IMG/VR virus record: IMGVR_UViG_3300027793_000055
Location: 32,001-96,000 of that record
Direction: 5' to 3' (one strand)
DNA: 64,000 bases
Origin: a virus
The position numbers were made by a program, and so were the translations under genes. The notes beneath the pieces were generated by a model. That model saw nothing but the letters and a program-made list of their open reading frames with translations. It was not told the origin of the DNA and did no database searches. Positions 36,929 through 45,960 of this stretch are shown here, one piece after another; the stretch's first letter is position 1; every line of letters begins with the position of its first letter.

Positions 36929-37031
36929 TAATAATACTCCGGATTAAATCAATAACCTAATTAGTGTTTATTTAATATAAAACTCATTTATTTGATTGAA
37001 AAAGAGCAAATTACTTCTACACCTAAATCTA

Positions 37032-39554
37032 TCACTGGTTATTTTTTAGATCTGCCACTTCTGCACTTAGCATATCAATTTTTGCTTTTAGAGTATTTAC
37101 TTCGGATGATAATTGTTTAATGCAATTAATCATAACATATGTTAAAGCGTGAGAATTAAAATTATATAATTCTGTATCTTCAGTATCTTCTGGATTGAGT
37201 TTGGTCTTGTAAACAGAAATACTCTCGGGAAGAATATCTTTTATGTCTTGCGCTATTAAGCCTACATTATTTTTAATATCTGGATTAAATCCACCCTTTC
37301 CATTATAATCGTAAGTAACTGGATTAATCTGAACTAGAGTTTCTAAGCCTTTTGTATAGTTTTGAACATTTTCTTTGATTCTTATATCGGATGAAATTGT
37401 CCAAGTATTTGTTGAAGGCTTTGCAGCACTATCAGTACTTAGCTGAAGCTGAAAACTAGGTGCGGTTGTTCCTATACCAATTCTCCCATCACCACGTACA
37501 CTTAGAGGTGTAGTTGAGACAACACCGGTGCTTCTTGTGATATATTGAAAATCAATTCTGCCGGTGCTTAAACTAGTTGCCGCAGGAGCAATAGCCATAG
37601 CAAAAGTGCTATCTTGACTAAAAAGAACTCTGCCAGCATTTGTAGTACCACCAGATGATTTAAATTCAGCTGCATATTCGGTTGTCGAACTCGCACCAGC
37701 AAAATTAACTTCTAAGCGTGCTCCGGGTGTGGTAGTACCAATACCAACATTTGTTCCCCCAACAAAAAGTGTTGAACCACCACTATTCCTGAAGTCGGCC
37801 AAAGTATGACCTGTGCTAGCACCGGAATCAACTATCAATCTTGCGGCAAGAGGAGAACTTTCAATAGTATTTGTACCATCAATCAATAAACCACTATTAT
37901 TTATGTGCAATCTTTTGCTTGGTGCAGTGGTACCAATACCAACTTTTCCATTATTATCAATTCTTACTCTATCGGAACCACTGGTAACAAATGATATCTG
38001 ATCAATTGATGGACTATACATACCGGTTTCTGAATCAGCAAAAAAACCATATGTTGGTGATGCAGCTGTACCAGCTGACCATTTTATCGTAGGACCACCA
38101 ACAATACCACTAGTTACTCCGAATGTATCAAATAGGGCACGTCTTGTGCCGGCAACGGTCAAACCAATATAAGTGCCAGTGGCATCATAGAAAAATCCTG
38201 TCTGCGTATCATCTAACCAAGTATAGGCTGGTCGTCCTTCGCTACCGGTCGGTACCGCTTGCACTTGGTTGCCCACCGCATTCTGGTTCAGACTGAGAAT
38301 ACTTTCTCCATCAGTAGCGAAAATGAGGTTTTTTGCATTTCGCCACATACCTGAACCGGTAGCAGCAGTAAAACTATATGCCGGTGCGGCTGCTGAACCA
38401 TTAGTACCACGATGAGGCAGAAGAGCAAATACTGCAGTTGTATCTATATGTAAACGGCCGGAACCACTAGTAACAAGAGTGATGGTATCAGCATCAGTAG
38501 ATGTTAAGCCGGTATTTGTGTTATTCACAAAACTATATAATGGAGCCTGAAGCTGATTAAGAGCAGTTTCTGCACTACGTATATATGGTGCTCGACGAGA
38601 TCCGCCAGCCAACTCTACGCCTTGTAATACATCTAAGAAAGTAGCACTACCTGTTACAGTTAGTGAACCGGTTACATTTAAATTACCTGATACAAGAGTG
38701 TTGCCATTAACATGTAATAGAGAAGTTGGACTACTAGTACCTATACCAACATTACCGGTAGAAGTAATTCTTATTCTTTCTGACCCACTTGTTAATAGCG
38801 CAATGTCGCTAGATGTTGCTTCATTTGAAATACTTAAATGGTTGTTTACCGAACTAGTATAACCTATATAACCTAAATTGGCACTTGGGCCTCGAAAACT
38901 CAGATAATTATTTCCGATAGAGCCGGTACTTTGAATTTTTACTATTTCTCCGCTTCCTTTAACATGCAATGGGTTCACGGGTTCATCGGCGTTTAGTCCA
39001 ATACCAACTCTTCCGTTACCTCGGATCTTCAGCGGTGTCGACTCGGTAGCACCGGTACTTCTTGTGATATACTGAAAGTCTAGTCCTCCGTCGATACCAT
39101 TTGTCAATTGAGATATCATCGCTACGCCATATGTATTAAGTTCTGTACTGATAACCAAGCGGCCGGCGTTACTTCTTAGACTGTTTGCAATAATTTCAAC
39201 AGCAGTACTATTTGCATTAAGCTGACCACCATTTACTTCTAAAAGAGCCGTAGGAGTGGTACGTATTCCTACTCTGCCATCATTAGTTAAAATAAATGGA
39301 GTGCTATCTGGGTTTTCTGAGTCTTCTACACGAAAAGACTCGCCTGTTCCACGCTGTGTGATTCGTAGAGCTGTGCTAGAAGATGAAACATCAATTACCG
39401 ATGGTCCAGAAGCACTGATTGCGGAGGCTGTTAAATTTGTAAACTGTGCCGTTGTACCTGACACATTTGATAAGAAAGTAGTACTACCTGTTACAGCTAG
39501 TGAACTTGTAACATTTAAATTACCTGATACTAATGTAGTTTGCAGTGTAGCCAT
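37032..39554 (-). CDS. Long tail fibre with C-terminal S74 intramolecular chaperone
   Basis: Repeated GNVGIGT..P; SDIRIKENV, NPVTY, GLIAQD, coiled-coil end. Confidence 0.85.
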   Translation of the reverse strand: MATLQTTLVSGNLNVTSSLAVTGSTTFLSNVSGTTAQFTNLTASAISASGPSVIDVSSSSTALRITQRGTGESFRVEDSENPDSTPFILTNDGRVGIRTTPTALLEVNGGQLNANSTAVEIIANSLRSNAGRLVISTELNTYGVAMISQLTNGIDGGLDFQYITRSTGATESTPLKIRGNGRVGIGLNADEPVNPLHVKGSGEIVKIQSTGSIGNNYLSFRGPSANLGYIGYTSSVNNHLSISNEATSSDIALLTSGSERIRITSTGNVGIGTSSPTSLLHVNGNTLVSGNLNVTGSLTVTGSATFLDVLQGVELAGGSRRAPYIRSAETALNQLQAPLYSFVNNTNTGLTSTDADTITLVTSGSGRLHIDTTAVFALLPHRGTNGSAAAPAYSFTAATGSGMWRNAKNLIFATDGESILSLNQNAVGNQVQAVPTGSEGRPAYTWLDDTQTGFFYDATGTYIGLTVAGTRRALFDTFGVTSGIVGGPTIKWSAGTAASPTYGFFADSETGMYSPSIDQISFVTSGSDRVRIDNNGKVGIGTTAPSKRLHINNSGLLIDGTNTIESSPLAARLIVDSGASTGHTLADFRNSGGSTLFVGGTNVGIGTTTPGARLEVNFAGASSTTEYAAEFKSSGGTTNAGRVLFSQDSTFAMAIAPAATSLSTGRIDFQYITRSTGVVSTTPLSVRGDGRIGIGTTAPSFQLQLSTDSAAKPSTNTWTISSDIRIKENVQNYTKGLETLVQINPVTYDYNGKGGFNPDIKNNVGLIAQDIKDILPESISVYKTKLNPEDTEDTELYNFNSHALTYVMINCIKQLSSEVNTLKAKIDMLSAEVADLKNNQ

Positions 39555-40636
39555 TATTTTTTACCTCGGGTAGTTTTCTTTTTATTTTTAAGTAGTTCTA
39601 TTTCTACACTTTGTTTTTCTACTTTTTCACTTAATTCTTTTACGGCACTTACAAGAATGCTTACCATTTTTGGATAGTTAATACCTTCACCTATTACGAA
39701 TTCTGGATATACTTCTCTTACTTCTTCTGAAATAAATCCATACTCCCTTCTACCATCGTCAACACGTGTATATGATACAGGATTTAGTTTTGAAATTGTT
39801 GTTAATTCATCATCTAGACTTACTATGTTTGTTTTTATTCTTCTTGTTGAAAGTTCTGATATTGAACCAGTTACAGTTAAATTACCAGATATAATTTGGC
39901 TTCCTATAAATGTATTAGAACCGGTTGTAGCAAAAACTTCTTTATTTAATTCTACCGGTACACCATTCGTACCACCAACCCAAATATGATTTGCAGTTAT
40001 ATTTGGTAGAATATAATGATGACCCGGACCTTTTACAACACCAGAGCCATTTGTACCTATTTTTTCAACATAGCCAAGAGGTTGTACTAATGCACTGCCA
40101 GTAGGTCTTATATTTGTATATCCGCCACCAACTGCAACATAAACAGCTTCACCGGATGCAAACCCATTCGTATTAACTTCATTAATAAAACCTTCTAGGA
40201 TTGCAATTCCTTCTGTATCAGCAGGTATATCTTCAAAAGCTACACAAGCTGCTGGCATTCTTGCAGGATTATTTGCATCAGCACGAAGTATACCAGCAAT
40301 ATTTCCCGAAGTACCACTTGATGTTATATAACAAGGTGTGCCTCTTAAGATTGTTGTTACTTCACGATTTTTTACTCTTATAATTAAATCGTTTGCAACC
40401 GGATCTTGGAAAGTTAATGTTCCCAATCCATTTGTTACCATTACCTGCCCAGCATCACCATCGGCTGTTGGATATAATATACCACCAGCAAAAAGATTAG
40501 ATGCAGAAACAATGGTGGACTGCAACCTACTTCCAGAAATTTCAGAACCAGATACAGAACCGGTTAGTGTTATTAATGAACCACTAATTTGTACTATATT
40601 GTTCTGATTTATTTTTATATTCTTTTGGTAGGCCAC
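39554..40636 (-). CDS. Fibre protein with S74-type chaperone
   Basis: LSTRRIKTNI, LNPVSY, YGFISEEV. Confidence 0.75.
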   Translation of the reverse strand: MAYQKNIKINQNNIVQISGSLITLTGSVSGSEISGSRLQSTIVSASNLFAGGILYPTADGDAGQVMVTNGLGTLTFQDPVANDLIIRVKNREVTTILRGTPCYITSSGTSGNIAGILRADANNPARMPAACVAFEDIPADTEGIAILEGFINEVNTNGFASGEAVYVAVGGGYTNIRPTGSALVQPLGYVEKIGTNGSGVVKGPGHHYILPNITANHIWVGGTNGVPVELNKEVFATTGSNTFIGSQIISGNLTVTGSISELSTRRIKTNIVSLDDELTTISKLNPVSYTRVDDGRREYGFISEEVREVYPEFVIGEGINYPKMVSILVSAVKELSEKVEKQSVEIELLKNKKKTTRGKK

Positions 40637-40667
40637 AGTTCACCCTCTTGTTTAATTTAAGTAATTA

Positions 40668-42008
40668 TCAGATTATATTCCAATTGTTACCGGTACCAGC
40701 AACAATTGTGATTGACTGATATGGACCATTAAGACCAAAGCTAGCTTCACCATCAATAGTACCAGAAACGATATTGACACTATTTTCTGTACCATCACTC
40801 TTTTTGAGTATTAGTACACGGCCGGCTTGTGGCGTACTTGGTATTGCAACGTTAAAAGTGCCAGCTGTAGCATTAGCAAGAATAACATTATCACTAGCTA
40901 CAACAGTATAAGCACCGGTTACTTCTGTTACACCAAATCTTACACTACCACTTAAGAAAGAACCAACACTAGAAGTGATTGTATCTACTGTTATATTGGC
41001 AGCCAAATCAAGAGAAGCGGTTGGACCTGATCCGTTAGTTACTATAATATTTGGATCACTGCTTGATACCTGCGAGACACCTAAACTACCAGTTACAGCA
41101 ATCGTAATTGAACCAGAACCTTTTGTAATTCCGATATTTGAACCAGCAACCAAATCACCAAGTTGTAATGTACTACCGGATCCGATTAATAGTTGACCGC
41201 TAGTAACACCGCTAGCATTAATTCCTGTACCACCATTTGCTAATGGTACAATACCAGTTAAATTAGCTGCTGGCAGATTTGTTAAGCCAGCACCAGAGCC
41301 AGTAAACGATGAAGCACTTACTGAGCCGGTAACATCCAAATTACCTGATATAACTGTACTACCAGATACTTTTAGACCCGGATAGATAAGAATCTTATCT
41401 TCTGGTAAGCCCGTATATCTTACATATGCTGCGTCTGGATTTGATGAAAGACTTGCTGTTCCATAAATAAGGACATTGCCACTAAATTCTGCAGCACTTG
41501 CACTTAATACGGCAAATGAACCGGTTGATGAAGAGAGGTTTGTAAGACCGGTTAATGTTGTTAAATCACTAGTAATTGAACTTGATAGTCTTACTGTTAC
41601 GGCACCATTTACATCTGGAGCACTAGCCGAGATATTTGGACCTGCAACAACTGATTTGACTAAACCAGTTAGACCAGCAGCGGAACCACTAAAGCCTACT
41701 GAACTACTGACTAGTCCAAATATATTAACAGAACCAGAGAAGGTATGCGAATCATTTAGATTATCACCAAATTGTGTTGAACCACTAGTGAAAACAGTTG
41801 ATGCTGATGTAATTGTATTTACAACTAAATTGGCAGCAGTTAATGTGCCACCAACTGTTACATTACCATTTGTGAATACTGAACCAGTTACAATTACTTG
41901 TGATGAACTAACACTTAAGCTAGCACCACTACCCGTCAATTGTACAGCGGTACCACTTACTTGTACTTGGTTTCCCGCTAATACTTTAACATTTGCTACA
42001 TTAGCCAT
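40668..42008 (-). CDS. Ser/Gly/Thr-rich fibre protein
   Basis: SGSTQFGD...D.H.FSGS, VPLANGGTG. Confidence 0.7.
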   Translation of the reverse strand: MANVANVKVLAGNQVQVSGTAVQLTGSGASLSVSSSQVIVTGSVFTNGNVTVGGTLTAANLVVNTITSASTVFTSGSTQFGDNLNDSHTFSGSVNIFGLVSSSVGFSGSAAGLTGLVKSVVAGPNISASAPDVNGAVTVRLSSSITSDLTTLTGLTNLSSSTGSFAVLSASAAEFSGNVLIYGTASLSSNPDAAYVRYTGLPEDKILIYPGLKVSGSTVISGNLDVTGSVSASSFTGSGAGLTNLPAANLTGIVPLANGGTGINASGVTSGQLLIGSGSTLQLGDLVAGSNIGITKGSGSITIAVTGSLGVSQVSSSDPNIIVTNGSGPTASLDLAANITVDTITSSVGSFLSGSVRFGVTEVTGAYTVVASDNVILANATAGTFNVAIPSTPQAGRVLILKKSDGTENSVNIVSGTIDGEASFGLNGPYQSITIVAGTGNNWNII

Positions 42009-42027
42009 TTTATAAAACTCCTATAGT

Positions 42028-42528
42028 TTAGAATACATACCAATCTGTTCCATCGTGGACTAATGTAATTGATTGATAAGGTCCATTTAATTCAAATGAT
42101 GAAGCACCATTAACTAAATTTGGTGAACTTGGCAGTACAATTACAGAACCACTAACTGCATCGGCTTTAATAACATAGTATTCTCCGGAGTTAGCTATGG
42201 AAGCACTTGGTAAAGTAATAGAGATCGACGAACTATCACTATTTTTAGCGAATACTGCTCTTTCTGTCGTCAACAAAGATACAGAAGAACTAACAATTAA
42301 TTTTGTTAGATCTGAAGATGGTAAGCCTATATAATTTGAAGAAGAAATACTAGAAGCTGTTAATTGGGTTACAGTCAGTGTATCGAATATTGAACCGGTT
42401 ATATAATCTAGTATCTGTTCTGCTGTGGCTCTTTGAGTTGTCAAACTACCGCTATCGACAATCGGAAACAGATCATCAGAGGTTACTTGAGATGCTGCAG
42501 GTAGTTGAGATATTTTGACATTTGCCAT
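42028..42528 (-). CDS. Short fibre/adaptor protein
   Basis: MANVKISQLP start; C-terminal LNGPYQSITL shared with 40668..42008. Confidence 0.65.
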   Translation of the reverse strand: MANVKISQLPAASQVTSDDLFPIVDSGSLTTQRATAEQILDYITGSIFDTLTVTQLTASSISSSNYIGLPSSDLTKLIVSSSVSLLTTERAVFAKNSDSSSISITLPSASIANSGEYYVIKADAVSGSVIVLPSSPNLVNGASSFELNGPYQSITLVHDGTDWYVF

Positions 42529-42591
42529 TATTTTTCCTCTTTTATATATAGTTTATAAATACCTTTCGGTAATAAATATATATCTCCACTA

Positions 42592-42858
42592 TCAAGGTGG
42601 TGGTGCTGTACTTGTACAACTCTCAATAATAAGGGCATCATTATTCTCAGCTAATAAAACGTCTGAATTTTCAGCTAAAATAAAACAGCTTTCCTCAATT
42701 ACAGTTTGCTGCGGTACTCTTAAGAAATCAAACAGTGCTGCATTTCCATCAGTATCTGTAGAATTATATGATATAGAGCCAGAATTAACAAAAAATCTTA
42801 CTTTTGGGTAAGCTTTTATTTTATTATATATTATGTCTCCGTCATTAAACTTTTTCAT
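42592..42858 (-). CDS. Small baseplate-region hypothetical protein
   Basis: 88-aa ORF with LAEN repeats. Confidence 0.5.
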   Translation of the reverse strand: MKKFNDGDIIYNKIKAYPKVRFFVNSGSISYNSTDTDGNAALFDFLRVPQQTVIEESCFILAENSDVLLAENNDALIIESCTSTAPPP

Positions 42859-42886
42859 TAATTACATCACCATTATTTAAATATCT

Positions 42887-43864
42887 CTACATATTTAATT
42901 TCAGCTTAAATGCTATGCTATCTATTTCTCTCTTTCTTACCGGAGTAGCTAATTTGGCTATACCTATTAGCTGTCCCATCTCATCATAGATTCCTATTTT
43001 TGAAATAAATGTTGTTTTTTCAAAAGGCGGTTCAATTTCATTATAATTTACTTGTACAATATTTTTGATAGAATTATCTGAGTTTTCCAGAAATTGTGTA
43101 GAGCCAGTTACTTTTAAATATTGTTGTCCATACTCAACATATGTTGGATTATTTGAATGGTTAAACTCGCCTTTTTCAGCATGCGCAAACATAGTTATTG
43201 TTGGTATTTCTTCAATACCATCAAAAGAAAAATCAAAAGAAGAAGAAGGTACAATGTTATCACCTTCTGAACCGGTTGTCAGAAAATAGAACCATTTTGG
43301 AGCATAGGTTGTTACTGGTTCGAATATATTAAAATTATCGACATATGAATTATCTAATTCCCAAGAACCGGTTAATAATGCAAAACCTTCTGAATATAAT
43401 ACAACACCGGCAACACTTCCAGTATTTGGACCATAAACTTCTACTAATTCACCATTTCTTTTTATATCTTGTAGTTCTGCTATAAGAGTACCGGTAACAT
43501 ACCACTTGCAGCTTATTGAACCTTTTTTAATGCTCTTGCCATAAAAAATAGATGGTATACTGATTAATCTACATTCTTGTGTTCTTTTATTACCAAGAGG
43601 ACTATTAAAAGCATAATGTGGGCTTAGGTATTTATAATAATCAAATGTATTTTTTAAAGCCAACAGATGACTTTTCGGATAGCTAGATACCGGCTCACCA
43701 GATAAAAAATGTTCCGAACTTAATGTAGCAGTTAGTTGATAATTCGAACCGGTGATTATATCACCGTATTGAAAATCAGTATTATAACTATCTGTATCTG
43801 TTGTTTTAAAGGAAGAGAGGCTTCCTTCTTTTGTTATGAAAGGATAAACACTTGAAGTTAACAT
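42887..43864 (-). CDS. Baseplate/fibre-attachment-type protein
   Basis: C-terminal FISKIGIYD...LIGIAKL..P. Confidence 0.55.
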   Translation of the reverse strand: MLTSSVYPFITKEGSLSSFKTTDTDSYNTDFQYGDIITGSNYQLTATLSSEHFLSGEPVSSYPKSHLLALKNTFDYYKYLSPHYAFNSPLGNKRTQECRLISIPSIFYGKSIKKGSISCKWYVTGTLIAELQDIKRNGELVEVYGPNTGSVAGVVLYSEGFALLTGSWELDNSYVDNFNIFEPVTTYAPKWFYFLTTGSEGDNIVPSSSFDFSFDGIEEIPTITMFAHAEKGEFNHSNNPTYVEYGQQYLKVTGSTQFLENSDNSIKNIVQVNYNEIEPPFEKTTFISKIGIYDEMGQLIGIAKLATPVRKREIDSIAFKLKLNM

Positions 43865-43919
43865 ATTGATTCTTTAACTAGTCTAAAACAAGCGTTTCTT
43901 CAAAATTGTTAATATAATA

Positions 43920-43943
43920 AAACAAGCCTCGAAAGGCTTGTTT
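43920..43943 (-). terminator. Intrinsic terminator with UUCG loop
   Basis: AAACAAGCCT-TTCG-AGGCTTGTTT. Confidence 0.75.
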
Positions 43944-43975
43944 ATTATTAGATAAATTCTTCCTATATACAAAAA

Positions 43976-44998
43976 TCAGAAATCTAAACGGCATCTAATA
44001 ATCATCTCATTACTAGAATCTTTCTTTAATGGTTCACTTAATTTAGCTACAGCTAATAACTCATTTGCTGAACTATAAAGACCAACAGTTGTGATATAAC
44101 TTACAGGAGCATCAGTTGAGGTTTCTTTAACTCTTATCTGACTCTCTGATAAGTAAGTTGGATTTGAACTGTAGTTAAATTCGTTATGATTTACACGACA
44201 GAAATAGATTGTTGAATTTAATTCTGTTGTATTATTAAACTGACAGCTGTGCCAGCGTCTTCTTAGTGAATCACATACATCTGGAATAGATGATGTTTGC
44301 ATGGTAGCTGCAGCATTATTAGAACCACTAAAAGTTGTGAATACTGATGCTGTTAATACTGCAACGCCGGCTTGATAAAATATTAATCCAGCTTTTGTAG
44401 AACCACCATTTGTATAAAGTATGCCATATTCACCAGCTGGTGAATTTACACGATAATCATTCTGAGCGCCATCATCAGCAATTGAAGATGTTGTAGAGAA
44501 TCTTGAAGCAGCATTTGTATCTGCTCCAGTACCTAATTTAATCTGAAATGAACCTTTTTTAACTTCATCTTTTGTAAGAAGTCTTGAAAAGTTAATAAAA
44601 ACAACTTCTCTCATTTTATCTGTAGCTGTATTTATTAAATTGCCATCTTCATCAAAACGTAAAATCGAGCCAGTTAAATCATGACCAACCAACACTTGAG
44701 CCATTTGATTATATGTTTGAGTCTTTTTTGATAGATCTGTTACACCGCTTGCACTTAAAGAGGAGTCTGGTGCTAAACCAACACTTAAGTCAAAAATGTG
44801 ATTAGCAGAAGAACTTAGTACAGGATAATCATACACACTTTGAAATCTACCGTGTGAATAGTTTTTGATATTCTTTTCAACGCCAGATTCAACATATGTG
44901 CCAGAAACAATCGTACCTGTTATTGGTATTGCCTCATGAAGTAGAGTCCTTGTAGAAACAACATCATCATTTGTTAAATTTTTATATATTGTAGCCAT
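43976..44998 (-). CDS. Baseplate/fibre-attachment-type protein
   Basis: C-terminal YITTVGLY...LLAVAKLSEP; paralogous end to 42887..43864. Confidence 0.55.
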   Translation of the reverse strand: MATIYKNLTNDDVVSTRTLLHEAIPITGTIVSGTYVESGVEKNIKNYSHGRFQSVYDYPVLSSSANHIFDLSVGLAPDSSLSASGVTDLSKKTQTYNQMAQVLVGHDLTGSILRFDEDGNLINTATDKMREVVFINFSRLLTKDEVKKGSFQIKLGTGADTNAASRFSTTSSIADDGAQNDYRVNSPAGEYGILYTNGGSTKAGLIFYQAGVAVLTASVFTTFSGSNNAAATMQTSSIPDVCDSLRRRWHSCQFNNTTELNSTIYFCRVNHNEFNYSSNPTYLSESQIRVKETSTDAPVSYITTVGLYSSANELLAVAKLSEPLKKDSSNEMIIRCRLDF

Positions 44999-45013
44999 TA
45001 TTCTTCCTCTTTA

Positions 45014-45913
45014 TCAGATTTTTTTGATATATCTAACTGGTATATCTAATTTATAACCAGTTGTAGCACCGACTACTCTTATGTTGGTATCAATTATATT
45101 ATAGCTACCAGAGACAGTGCCGATCTCTTCAAATAAGAAGGTACTTGTTTGTAGTTCTAGTGTAGCAGCTAATTTTAGTTTTAGACTTGTTCCTCTTGGA
45201 CCACGAATTGGAGTTGCAACACCGGCATCATTTGGTTGTGCTGTTGGTAATTGTTCGATTTCATTTGGATTTTTTTGGATTGATAGCAGGTAAGTCGCTA
45301 TTTGATCATCATCTATATAGGAACGATTCATCTCTGCACCGGACTGATCAAACAAAGAGCCTAATCGATTATCCATCTCGACCATATAAATAGTTTCAAC
45401 CAAATCTGGAGGGAGTGGCTGTGTAGCAGAAATCTTTGGTGTATCTAATCCTTGATCAACAACAATAAGGTTCTGCTTTGTTGATTGTTTCTCATTAGTA
45501 AAAAATATACCAGGATCTTTAGCAAGTGCAGCAAAATCTAATTCTGTTCTACTATCTACCGCAACAGCAAAATATCCTTGACCGTTAAAACTTTTTGTAT
45601 TTGAACCCAATTCATTTAGTTTTATAACCGGTAAAAACAGCAAATCAGTTTGATTTATGCTTATCAGGTGCGATTTAAGTGCAGAGGCATTATCAGTAAA
45701 AGCCTCTAGAATAGGAGTTTGCAAAATATCTAAATCATAATATGCACTACCACTTGGATTATTTTTATCATATAAAGAATAATCTATTTCATCATCACCT
45801 AAAGCAAATTTAGTAATTTTAAAACTACCATCACCTTTTGCAAGTCTGTAACGTCCTGTATCAGTAAGGACTGCATCTAATATTATATCGCCTGAATTAT
45901 CAAGAAAAGCCAT
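45014..45913 (-). CDS. Baseplate-region structural protein
   Basis: LDAVLTD.GR..LAKG...ITKFALGDDEIDY. Confidence 0.55.
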   Translation of the reverse strand: MAFLDNSGDIILDAVLTDTGRYRLAKGDGSFKITKFALGDDEIDYSLYDKNNPSGSAYYDLDILQTPILEAFTDNASALKSHLISINQTDLLFLPVIKLNELGSNTKSFNGQGYFAVAVDSRTELDFAALAKDPGIFFTNEKQSTKQNLIVVDQGLDTPKISATQPLPPDLVETIYMVEMDNRLGSLFDQSGAEMNRSYIDDDQIATYLLSIQKNPNEIEQLPTAQPNDAGVATPIRGPRGTSLKLKLAATLELQTSTFLFEEIGTVSGSYNIIDTNIRVVGATTGYKLDIPVRYIKKI

Positions 45914-45960
45914 CTGTTTTGCTCCTATAATCTTTTATAAGTATATTGCTTGTTTTATTT

